From Octopus sinensis (taxonomy: Eukaryota): a stretch of 64,000 bases of DNA. Of the stretch, positions 1-11,762 are shown in pieces (within the stretch, counting starts at the first letter, position 1; each line of letters opens with the position of its first letter). The stretch lies in NCBI RefSeq assembly GCF_006345805.1, contig NC_043010.1, positions 43,338,001 to 43,402,000 on the forward strand, read 5' to 3'. The notes beneath the pieces are model-generated. The model was not told where the DNA came from and did no database searches. It was given only the letters and a program-made list of their open reading frames with translations. A program made the translations under genes and the position numbers.

Positions 1-441
1 GGGGTCGATTTCTTCAACTAAATCATTCAAGACAGTGCCCCAACATGACCGTAGTCTAATGACTGAAACAAGTAACAGAATATAATAGGAATGTCTTTGT
101 CTCAGTAATTGTTGTCTTTCTCTGCATATGTGTATAAGTCTGACCCTATTGGATATTAGGTAGTGAATGGCAGTATGACTCATTTATGTATCTCACAAGA
201 TAACTCACATGTTCTAATCTTCCTTCTCTGCCCTAATTTATATATAATGGCTACACTGGGCTCACTCCCTTTGCATGACTTTGTTGCTATTGACTTTGTT
301 CTGTCTGTAATATGATACTCTATTATCTTTTATTTTTTGCTAACTTCTGTTCTTTATTTGATAGCTAGCTTTTGTCTGTTCTCTTTCAATTTTGTTTCTT
401 AAATCTTAAAAAAAGCTTTATTTCTACAGTCAATTATACAG

Positions 442-1945
442 CATCATCATCATCATCGTTTGATGTCCATTTTCTATGCTGGCATGGGTTGGACGGTTTT
501 TACTGAGGACTGGCAAGCCAGAAGGCTGTACCAGGCTCCAATCTGATCTGGCAAGGTTTCTACATCTGGATGCCCTTCCTAGTACCAACTACTCTGAAGG
601 TGTAGTGGGTGCTTTTTACATGCCACCAGCACGCGTCCCAGTCAGGCGGTACTGGTCTCGGCCATGACAATGATTTCACTTGACTCAACAGGTCTTCTGA
701 AGCAGTTTATTGCCCAACAATTGAAGGGTACCCTTAATTGGGCTGGTTATGCTACACTGGCATAGGTCATGGTTATGGTCTCATTTGGCTTGTTGGGTCT
801 TTTCAAGCACAGCATATCTCCAAAGGTCTCTTTCGTTTGTCATCACCTCCATGAGGGCCAACATTTGAAGGTTGTGCTTCACCACATCATCCCAGGTCTT
901 CCTGGGTCTACCTCTTCTACAGGTTCCCTCGACTACTAGAGTGTGACACTTTTACACACAACTGTCCTCATCTATTCGCAACATATGACCATACCAGCAC
1001 AGTTGTCTCTCAGGGCACTTACACTCTGTTGTGCATGCACACTGACATTACACATCCAGTGGAGCATACTAGCTTCATTTCTTGCAAGCTTACGCATGTC
1101 CTCAGCAGTCATGGCTCATGTTTCACTGCCGTGTAGCATGGCTGTCTGCACACATGCATCATACAGTCTACCTTTCACTCTTTAAGTACAAAGATGCAGG
1201 AAGTAAAAAAGAAAGATTAAGAAGGAAAAGAAAGAAAAAAAGTTTGGGTAAAGCAGCAGAAGATGGAGGAGAGGGTTGATGGGCCACAAATGCTGGAACA
1301 AATGGTGTGCTCAGCCATGTCCCTGCAATAATGACCGTGATGGCATTGCTGCTGAGAATGGCCAGCAACACTCCCTGTAGTAGCCATCCCACTTCATGGA
1401 GCTCATTTCTCAGATGGGCCACCATTATCCCTATTTTATGGAGGAAATTGGTAGTACAGGATCTGATGGTGACTGGCACAAACTAGTAGTAGCTGGTCAG
1501 GACCTCGTATTTTTCTCCTCTGCATCACAGGTGGTGATACCTGGGTTTGCAGTGAACGTTGCACAGTTGGAATCAGAGAATGTGTCACTGCTCATCACAT
1601 CCCAGACTAAGTATCTACATCCCTCGAATGGAAAATGGGTGATTCTGTTGGGACACTTACTGTCCCCATGGTCAAGACCTATGGGCTCCAGTTGAGATGG
1701 AAAGCCAGCCTCGTTGAGGCCCCTTCTAATGTTATCCAGAGTGGTGTGTCAGGGGAATCGGCCTGTGCTAAAGCCGTATGACAATGGATGCAGGCTGAAT
1801 TCTTCTACTATTGTTGCATAACATTTGTGCAGCTCACACATGCAGAGACCAAGGTGTTGGGTCACTCCCATATGAGCGCACTCATCATCTAGAAGGGAAT
1901 TGATAGATAAGGAGGGTACCAAATTGAGCCATATGTCACTATTTG
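442..1945 (-). mobile_element. Degenerate RTE-clade LINE: endonuclease remnant, RT C-terminus and (GAT)n 3' tail
   Basis: The minus strand of 780-930 reads like an RTE C-terminus (RRGRPRKTWDDVVK...RDLWRYAVLEK). The minus strand of 1400-1940 resembles an APE endonuclease, and there is a (cat)n tail at 442-458. Confidence 0.7.
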
Positions 1946-1959
1946 GTTGTGAGGCAGAA

Positions 1960-2300
1960 CAGAGGCTGGCAAGATGGTTGCCTTCTGTTTTGATTTTTAT
2001 CTTTTGCTTTTTACACTTAGATTTTTATTTTCACTTCATTTCTATTTTTGTTCTTTTCCTCCTGTACATTTTTTTTTATAATTATATCTTTATTTTAGTA
2101 AATCCTTAAATGTAAGTTTGTTTTATTATTTCTGTCATTGGCTGTATTTATTTTCTTGGGGCTTGCTTCTTTGGTGTATAAGGGTAGTATTTTCAATTGG
2201 TTTTATATTTTGGTATCTCTACCTGATGAAATGGTTTGTTAAAGATTGTTAAAACAATTGTACGGAGAGACTCAAAGTATTTATAACTTCTTCTTTTCTG
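1960..2300 (+). mobile_element. Penelope-like terminal repeat fragment with decayed hammerhead motif (2216-2270)
   Basis: T-rich tract followed by TCTCTAC-CTGATGA...(t)AAAA-CAATTG-TA-CGGAGAGA, with palindromic ACAATTGT as stem III. Confidence 0.45.
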
Positions 2301-2445
2301 CAAATATTTCAATTACACATGAATGAACACACACACACATACACACACACACACACCACACACACACACATACACATGTGTGTGTGCATCTTAGAAAGAA
2401 AGAATGGAGAAGTAAAACATGTGGTATCACTTTAGAGCATGTAAT

Positions 2446-2579
2446 TTATAATTCAACCATAATTGCAGAGTAATAACTGTTAGAGTAAACAAGGGATAAA
2501 GAAATCCCTTATTTTTCAATCCATTATTTCTAAATCCCTTATTTACTCTAACAACTCAGGAATTATGTTTTAATTATAG
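2446..2579. mobile_element. Small palindromic MITE-like element
   Basis: Imperfect inverted arms (ttataatt..cataatt...gttagagtaaacaagggat / atcccttatttactctaac...aattatg..aattatag) around a short spacer. Confidence 0.45.
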
Positions 2580-2935
2580 ATTACATGTGCTAAAGTGTTT
2601 TGCTTGTTCATTCTTTCTTTCTAATATATATATACCTACTCAATGATGAATCACTTATAGTCATTCTATGCTAGGCAGCTACAAAACCACTTTTGTTTTA
2701 GTTGTTGTTCAAATTGGAGTTTTAGTGGTAAATCAACTTCAGCACTTACTGTGCATACTGTTACATTATGTCATTAGATGGAATTATATATATATATGTA
2801 TGTATACACACACACATATGCTGTGGATACATGAATACTGTGTGAAATGCAATCAACGTTCTGCAATTAATGTTCTGTTTATCATTTAGGCAGTCATCAT
2901 AATTGTTATAATGTCTTGTTGTTGAGAGAGGCTCT

Positions 2936-3025
2936 CTTTCTTTCCTGATGAGAAGATTGCATTTCATACCGTTTATTCCTTTGGAATAAAACCATGTTGT
3001 CTTTGAAACATGTCAAAAGTGAAAG
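2936..3025 (+). ncRNA. Candidate type I hammerhead ribozyme with long stem II
   Basis: CTGATGA at 2945-2951 and GAAA-CATG-TC at 3005-3014 (palindromic ACATGT). Flanks TCTTTCTTTC / AAAAG..GAAAGA can pair, and the internal hairpin is gtttattcc-ttt-ggaataaaac. Confidence 0.55.
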
Positions 3026-3278
3026 AATTTTATTAACATCTTCGTTCAACTCCATTTATTTATTTATTTATTTATTTATCTATTTATAACACACAAATTA
3101 CTGCACATTAACCCGGAGTTTCTACCTTTGGATAGGTTGCTTCAACCGTGTTTTTGACGAGAATTTTGCTACCCTGGTAACGGTTTATTGAATTTTCCAT
3201 GTTAACAGTAAACATAGAATAATTCATTCATCCATTGAAATATATATATATATATACATATATATATACATATACTTG

Positions 3279-3327
<49 letters not shown>

Positions 3328-4010
3328 ATGTGTGTGTGTGTGTGTGCGTATGTATTTTTTATATTTATATATCATCATCATTATCATTTAATATCGAGTT
3401 TGACAGGATCTAACAGGTCAAAGGACTGCATTATACTCCAATGTCTGTTTTGCCATGGTTTCTACAGCTTGATGCCCTTCATAATGCTAACCAATTTACA
3501 GAGTATACTGGGTCCTCTTGTATGTTACTGGCAATAGTCAGGTTGCCAAGTAGCTTGCAAAACAGGATCCTTTGGTGGGCTTATACAAGTAGTTGAGAGG
3601 CAAAAAGTATGATAGAGAGATAGGAACAGATGTCTTGCTGTAGAGAGGATACATGGTTACTGCAACTGGAAAAGGGAAAAAGGGTAAATGTGAGGGGGAA
3701 TAGGAATAGAGTATTAGGGAAGTTTGCAAGAGTGTGAGGTGAGTGACAGATGATTAGAGGTAGTGAATATAAGGATGTAGGTGGTGCAGACAGGATTGAG
3801 TATATAGGTGAACAGCAAACAGTATAAGAGGCTTGGTCCCAGTTGGATATCAGTTGGGGGTGAAGGTGAAGGAAATAGGAGTGGGTCAAGGATGAGGGGT
3901 GATAAGTGGCAATTCATACAAAAGAGCAGTATTGTATTCATACAAAATAGATGAGAAATAGGGAGATGATATGATGTGTGTGTATTTAAGTGCCTTTTTA
4001 TTTATATATA

Positions 4011-4590
4011 TCATCATCATCCTCGTTTGATGTCCACTTTCCATGCTAGGATGGGTTGGACGATTTGACTGAGGTCTGGTGAACCAGATGGGTGCACCAG
4101 ACTCCAATCTGATCTGGCAGAGTTTCTACAGCTGGATGCCCTTCCTAACACCAACCACTCTGAGAGTGTAGTGGGTGCTTTTACGTGCCACTTGCACGAG
4201 GGCCAGTCAGGCGGTACTGGCAACAGCCAAGCTCAAATGGTGCTTTTTATGTGCCACCTGCACAGGAGCCAGTAAGGTGACACAGGTAACGATCACACTC
4301 GAATGGTGCTTTTTACATGCCACTGGCATGGAGGCCAGCTTGTTGCTCTGGCAACAATCAAGCTTGTATGGTACTCTTAGCACTCCACTAGCATGGATGC
4401 CAGTCATCGAATTTGATCTCAATTTCGATTTCGATTTCACTTGCCTCAACAGGTCTTCACAAGCAGGGTTTAATGTCCAGTGAAGGAAAGGTATTCATAA
4501 GTGGGCTGGTTCCACCCCTGGCATAGGCCACAAGGTTATGGTCTCACTTGAGCTTGTCGAGTCTTCTCAAGCACAGCATATTTTCAAAGG
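4011..4590 (-). mobile_element. RTE-tail/SINE-like repeat ((GAT)n-tail family)
   Basis: catcatc..gtttgatgtccactttccatgctag..gggttggacg..ctggatgcccttcctaac..; same family as 442-780, 6430-6737, 13353-13590 and 32727-32987. Confidence 0.8.
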
Positions 4591-4754
4591 TCCCGATATA
4601 TATATACAAGTGTGTGTGTGTGTGCATGTGTGTGTGTGTGTGTGTAAAAATTTATACAAAAAGATGGAATATACTACAAACTACAATTGTTTCTGTGCAG
4701 TGGTATCAGCTCATAGTTGCTGAGTTTTCAGCCTCATAATATTACATAAATTAT

Positions 4755-5299
4755 GGAGATGTACTTGCATAGCAAGTGACCTAATCTGAGATCATGTGCT
4801 GGAATGAAAACAATTGCAGCATGGAAGGTATTTATAAGCCATTTAAGAAACACACAAATACTGTTAGATTTACTTCAACATTTAAATTTAATTTGTCAAA
4901 ATATTTTCGGTGCTTTGAGACTTTGACCTGTTCACTGACAAAATTCTGTGCTACATCTCTGGGTCTTTTACCCTCTTGCCCTTTTCCAGTTGCAGTAACC
5001 ATGTATCCTCTCTACAGCAAGACATCTATTCCTATCTCTCTATCATACTTTTTGCCTCTCAACTTCTTGTATAAACCCAACCACTCTATATCAAAGGATC
5101 TTGTCTTGCAAGCTATTTGGCAACCTCACTAATGCCAGTAACATACAAGAGAACCCAGCACAGAATTTTGTCAGTGAACAGGTCACGGTCTCAAAGAGAC
5201 GGAAATACTTTGGCAAATAAAATTTAAATGTTGAAGTGAATCTAACAATTTTTGAGTGTTTCTTAAATGGCTTATAAACACCTTCTACTCTGCAATTGG
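4755..5299. mobile_element. Composite Penelope-like insertion: two inverted terminal-repeat arms around a ~200-bp spacer, with 13-bp TSD
   Basis: Arm 4755-4952 is in part the reverse complement of 5157-5295. The spacer 4960-5158 is the reverse complement of ~3500-3710. Direct repeat ttacataaattat at 4742-4754 and 5300-5312. Confidence 0.7.
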
Positions 5300-5514
5300 T
5301 TACATAAATTATTTTATAAATAATTATATAAATAAATATGATCCAACAGCAGCTGTATACCAGCACTTTATCAGGTAGGTTACTTTGAAAGCATCGCTGG
5401 ATCACATTCAATTTCCCATCTCTTTTCATGCTTTTGCATAATAAGCTTTCTCATTATATAAATAACACAAGTTATAACAATATCACAAAAAGAAAAGAAA
5501 AAAGAAAATGAGTG

Positions 5515-5547
<33 letters not shown>

Positions 5548-5558
5548 TATATATATAT

Positions 5559-5617
<59 letters not shown>

Positions 5618-6429
5618 GTGTGTGTGTGTGTGTGTGTGTGTTTCTTTATTAGCTACACAGGGCTGAACACAGCCAGGACAAATTACAAAGTAAAGCTTTT
5701 CTTTTGTGGGGAAAAAAAAAACTGGGGTAGGTTTTCGATCAAAAGGGATCGTAAAAAGGAAAAAAAAAAAAAGAAAAGAAAAAAAGAAAAAGAAAAGGAA
5801 GAAAAGAAAAGAAAAAAGAAATGGCAGTAAAAATAAAAGTACATATATATCTAAATTCCAAAGCAAATACACCAAAATCCATTAATGGAAGCAAAAAACA
5901 AAATGAAATGTCTAAATGTAGGTCAAATCATTCTGTCTTTTTATTCTATTTAAGTTTTTCTCTCTCTTTTTTTCTTCGGATATACACTAGAAATATTATG
6001 GTCATTACTCTCCCAGCAAGATATCCATTTACCTGTCAGTCCACTCATAAAACTTAATTTCATTTACCCTGTTATCAAAATCATTAAGATTCTTATCACA
6101 CTTGAATAGATTTATTTGCCTTTACCCATGTATACATTACAAATGTTCATTTGCTTGGTATATACATAGAAATATTTATATCTAAATACACATATACATA
6201 CACACACTGATATGGACATATATGTATATACACAGGCAACCATCTATTTTCTTTGTGGTAGCACACCTGTTTCTGTCTTCATTCTGGATCTTTCTCTCAC
6301 CAGCCAGGTAACCTTGTACTTCCTCTACAGCAAGACACCTGTATTTGTTGCACTTTAACCTTTTCATCATTACCTCTTCCAATGCCTCCTCCTCTCTCAA
6401 AAGTTTTTTTATGTCTTGCAAGTACTTGG

Positions 6430-6737
6430 TGACCCTGTCAGTGCTGGTGCCACTTAAAAGCACCCACTTCACTGTAAAGTGGTTGGCATTCAGAAGGGCA
6501 TCCAGCTGTAAAAACCTTGCCAAAACTGACCTCGCCTGTACTTGTACTATATAATAAGCAATAAGTCCTCTCTGGTGAATGGTTGTTTTTTAGGAAAGGC
6601 ATCCAGCTGTAAAAATCCTGCCAAAACAGTCACAGACATCTAATTCATGCTTCAGCCTGGCCAGCTCTTGTGGTACTGTCCCACCCATGCTAGCATGGAA
6701 GATGGACGTTGAATGATGATGATGATGATGATGATGA
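6430..6737 (+). mobile_element. RTE-tail/SINE-like repeat ((GAT)n-tail family)
   Basis: gaagggcatccagctgtaaaa...ccatgctagcatggaa..ggacgtt..(gat)n. Confidence 0.75.
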
Positions 6738-8080
6738 TATACAGTTATCAATTTGTGTTGCAGGATCCTTGACATGAAATTGTGTGTTGAAACCAATATT
6801 GTAGAATTTTGGGATGGTCATTTTTTTTTCATTTTTTGGGGTGCCAAATAAACACAAGCACTATATATTTTTTTTCACTCATTTATTACTGTCCTTATTT
6901 TATTATTTTAACTCATATCCATTGTCCTGAAATCTTTTATCACACATCTGTGACCTCTTCAGTGACACTTTTCATTTACATATGTGTTCTTGCTCCACTT
7001 ACTCGATTCTGTTCTTCTAAAGTGTGTATCCGTATGTGCTCATGCATTTGTGTCATTGTTTGTGTGTCTGTGTGTGTGCGCGCATATGTATGTGTATGTG
7101 CATGCATGCTTCTGTGTGTGTGTATGTTATAGTTTTTAGCAGCAGTGTAGCCTTCCCCTCAGTAGCTCCATCCACTTACCCCATTGTACTATTGCTGTCC
7201 TAAGACCCGAAAATATGGTACAGTTCCTGTATTCCTCTGTGTATGTGTGTTTGCCCACGGTGTTGCCATCGTGGTAGTTGTAGTTGTTGTTATTGCCATC
7301 GTTATCACCACTGCTGCTACTGTCGTTAACATGATTAACGACAGCATACACACACACACACAAGGACACAGACACATGCACACATAAGGATACACACCTT
7401 AAAAGAATAGAATGGAGTAAGTGAAGCAAGAACACACAAAAATGAAAAGTGTCGCTGAAGAGGTCACAGATGTGTGATAATGATTTCCAGACAATGGACA
7501 TGAGTTAAAATAATAAAATTAGAACAATAATAAACAAGTGAAAAAAAAATACATAGTGCATGTATTTATTATATATATATAAATATATATATATACACAC
7601 ACACACACTGTCATTTCTATATATATTTACTTCTACATTTATCTTCAAACCCTACATACATACCTACTCATGCACATGCACATCTGCAAAACCTACATAC
7701 ATACATTCATACATACACGCACACACTTATGTACATACACACACATATAAAAGCTATTCTTTTCATTTTATATCATTAGGTTAAATCAATATTTTAACTC
7801 CTACATATTCTGTATCCTTTTCTAAATTTTTGTATTCATCTAAACATCAGTAATGACGTGAAAGTATGTTAACTGCAGTTTCTAGCAAATAACATATGAT
7901 CATTTATATTGGTACTTTCAAATCATTATAATAATTACATAATACATGTAAACAACATGTTATTAAAAATAATCATCTTATTTTAATTATAATTTTGACT
8001 CGATAAAATATCAATATCACTTTGAAAATTATCTGTTCTTTCTAAATTCTAGAAATGAATTTTTCAGTCTATTGTTGTGT

Positions 8081-8118
<38 letters not shown>

Positions 8119-10136
8119 TGTGTGTGTGTGTGAGCAATGGGTTTTTAAATGCTAATTTATTAATGGTTATAGACCAGAGGCTCTCAACCATTTTTTGTCC
8201 ATGGACCCCTTTGATTACTTTTTCATTCTGATGGAACACACCATCATCTTGGCATAGATCAACATTGTTGAGATAGGAATTTTGATCTCAATGTTTTTAA
8301 TATAAAGAGACTTACAAGATGGCAGATGTCAGCAGTCATACAATTCCATTAATACATTGAACAGTTCATCTGTATTGGAATTTTTTAACCTATGCTGAGC
8401 CCTTACTAAATTGAAATGTTTTCTTGCATGCATGAAATGTTTTCTTGTATGCATGATAAAGTCTAGGTTTATACAACCTATGACAACATGTTTTTGCAAA
8501 CTCGATCACTTTATCAAGCAGCAATCTCGGTATAGAGGAATAAAAATCTATAATATCAGTGTAAATCTAGCCTGATACTTATTCTTTAAATGCTTAAACC
8601 AATCTTTTACAGTTTTGCTATTATCCCATACTTGTAGCATAGTATCTCTCTGATTTTGAAATTAATAATATTCCTTAGTATTATTTTTTTTTGGCTTCTG
8701 ACCCAGTGTCAGTCTCCCCTGAGTTTAACAATCTACTTTTTGAACCCACTTTTGTCTTGTTTTTCTCTCATGATTTCTCTTGTTCTGTTGTCCTGATTTG
8801 TAACTTTTCGGTCATGTGCCCAGAGCACAAAGATTACATGGAGACACTAGGCATGTTTTAAATACCTCCAATGAATGAGATTATTAGTAGCAGCACGTAA
8901 CTATATACTGTATACATTAAGCAATAGATAGATAGATAGACAGATAGATAAACAGACAGAGGGGGAGGGAGTGAGGGAGAGTACAAAGTATAAATGAAAG
9001 AGAATGATGAGACATATTCATATAAACACTTGAATGAATGTGCATGTATATATGTATGCATGCATGCATGCATTGAGAAGTTTGTGTGTGTGTTTTACAA
9101 CTGGTGTGGTTGTTTGCGTTGTCTCTAAACCATGATTTATTGACCTATGGCAATCATGTCAAGTAGTGAATTATATTACCACATTTTAGAGAAAGTATTG
9201 GCAGCCCTTATTTAGTTAGTACCTTATTAGAGCTATTACCTGGCATGGTGCTACTTTAGGATGATTGTTGATCTAAATTTTGTAGCTTTTATATTTAACG
9301 AAAGACAGCATATAAAGGTAAAGATTGCAAAGATTCAGAAATAAAGACTAGAACTTGCAGCATTTATCTACACAAGGAAGTATACCCCTTATAATGAGAA
9401 TGTTGTCTCTGACTTAATTTCTCAAGCATATACCTGTTCATCTACTTCCAGACTCATATCCTTAAAGGAATGAATACTACTTAAAATTTTGTGACTAGCT
9501 GTAAGAATAGATTATTTTTAGATTAAGTTGAACACCCTAATTGTCATTCAAATTATGCAAATATTAGGTACTGTGGCTGTTCATGACTTGGTAGGTACTG
9601 TGGCTGTTCATGACTTGGTGCTCTGTTCTGATGCCCAGGTAATCCCCATGGTTCCTATTGTAGTTCAAAATTGATGAAACCTGTCATACCAGATTCAGAA
9701 GACAATGGTGACATGCTACAAAGTGGAAGATGGAACAGTACCTCTACAAGAACTCAAGGAGATTCAGTTGTGTACCAGACTCTCCCAATTAGTATATGTG
9801 GGAATATTTATATAAAGTTTTGCTTGATACTGCTTAAGTTTACTTTTTTGGTTTTCCATGCTTACTTATAAATGGAAGTGGTCTGGTTGACAGTGCAATG
9901 AAAAAAATCTTACAAGGTGCTATGATATTCTGATCTGTAGATTACATTGGTAAAATGTGAAACTAATCTATAACTGATCAATAATCAATTAAGTTCAATA
10001 AATCATTGTAGCAGCCACCAGGTTTTCACTTTCCTTATAATTACATTGTCCTATCACCAATTTGTACATGCATTTTCAAAGCTTTTTTTCCATTGCTGTT
10101 TAAGTATGATGTTCTGAACCTCTCTTCCATTTCCAG

Positions 10137-10279
10137 CAAAAAGCAAGATCTGAATACCATATCCACTCCACGATTACTAGAGCAGTATGTTGCAGTTTAT
10201 GACTTCAACAAGCAGAACAAAGATGAGATTGATATTAATGCTGGAGACAGCCTAGAAGTCATTGAGAAATGTGAAGATG
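10137..10279 (+). CDS. SH3PXD2A: SH3PXD2/Tks-like adaptor, internal exon (first half of SH3 #1)
   Basis: Acceptor ttccag|C and donor GATG|gtaaag. Encodes ...ISTPRLLEQYVAVYDFNKQNKDEIDINAGDSLEVIEKCEDG, colinear with the first SH3 of Tks5/Tks4/p47phox (LEQY...EVIEK..GWW). Phase 2 in, phase 1 out. The symbol is family-level; A vs B orthology is not resolved. Confidence 0.9.
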
Positions 10280-11207
10280 GTAAAGTACCCTATATCATTC
10301 CCACCTGCCTTCTCCTTACATCTCTCTCTCTTTCTCTCTCTAACTACAGCTACATATGTATTTCAACTACTACTACTACCACCACCACTTCTGTGAGGAG
10401 TAACAATCATATTATTATCTTAAACTGTAACCTCCCTTGCACATGTACCTGAAGAAAATTTTAAAGACATTTGCTATTAAACACTAAATAACAATTTTAT
10501 CAACATATCTATAAAACTTTCAACAAAAATTAAGAAATAAACTACCTTTTAAGATGCTGTTTGTTAGCTTGAGAATATGATATATAATTTTTTTTTATAC
10601 AACACAAAATTTTAAGTAAAGTGTAATGTAAACAGCAAATAAGAATGAAACAAAGCGAAAAACAAAAAGGCATTATAAGAATGAATACATGCAACAAACA
10701 ATCAAAATCCTAATGACTAAAATTTGATTCCCATATATGTTGTGAAAGAAAATAATTAGAATAGTTTAAAATAAAGTGGTTTTTGATAATGAGCTGCAAC
10801 CAGTTACCAGCTCTCATAATCTACCCTGTTTTAAGCAATTTTTAAAGTTTTCTTTGTTTTCCATGTTACCTGGCAAGTAGTGTGTATTTTACTGTTATTC
10901 TTGTTTTGTTCAGATCTGAAATTTCATGAGAAGCTGATGAGCTAGTTTCTTATTTCAAAATGTAATTGACTTAGTTTTCACTGCTTCTTGCTCACACACT
11001 TCCACATTCTATTATTGTTTTCTCCCAAACTTTCAGTAATAAATCCAAAGAAAATAATGAAGACTATCACAATAAACTTAGCAGAATATTATTTCCATTA
11101 AACCTATTACTAATCAGTTGGTGGGTAACTTCAGAAGTACAGCTGTTTTACTTTTTTTTTTTTTTTTACTTTTACTTTTTTGTACCAGTATAAATTTGAG
11201 AGTCATT

Positions 11208-11762
11208 TACGTGGGTGAGTCAAAAAGTAATGCCGTTTTGATTAGGACAGGTATAATTACCAGCACAGGAACATGTATCATACATCAAAATGAAGCTGGT
11301 CCTCTGTGGATCACATGCCTACATCTCAACATAGTTGCCTGTTTCTCTCAATAGCAATGTTCCACCATTGAATGAGAGCATGTATCCCTACCCTGTAAAA
11401 TTCTGTTGACTGTTCTTTGAGCCACTTCTTCACTACAGTTTTCACTTCCTCTTACTGGATTATCATCTCTTCAGCTCCATAAAAGAAGGTTTGAGAGGCA
11501 AACATTATTCTAGTGCCAAAGAAGTGAAAACTGTAGTGAAGAAGTGACTCAGAGAACAGTCAACAGAATTTTACGGGGCAGGGATACATGCTCTCATTCG
11601 AAGGTGGAACATTGCTATTGAGAGAAACAGTTGAGAAATGTTGAGAAGTAGGGATGTGATCTACAGAGGACCAGCTTCATTTTGATGTATGATACATGTC
11701 CCTGTGTTGGTAATTATACCTGTCCTAAACAAAATGGCATTACTTTTTGACTCACCCTTGTA
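11208..11762. mobile_element. Fold-back mariner derivative (two 3' ends head-to-head), TA..TA
   Basis: TIRs tac.tgggtgagtcaaaaagtaatgcc / ggcattactttttgactcaccc.tgta, with ~240-bp inverted arms. The + strand from ~11455 reads DYHLFSSIKEGLRGKHYSSAKEVKTVVKK*LREQSTEFY..GIHALIRRWNIAIERN, a mariner C-terminus. Confidence 0.85.

Noticed and set aside
3105-3155. Minus-strand UUGAAGC-ACCU/AGGU-GAAA-CUCCGGGU motif
   Set aside because: It has two core substitutions and a poor stem I. It is at best a fossil and is not counted.
5960-6057. ORF segment VITLPARYPFTCQS as a possible PX-domain exon
   Set aside because: The resemblance is weak and the frame ends at a stop with no donor site.
9640-9800. ORF 9671..9871 as a possible upstream exon of the SH3 gene
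   Set aside because: No PX-like motifs and no convincing phase-2 donor.
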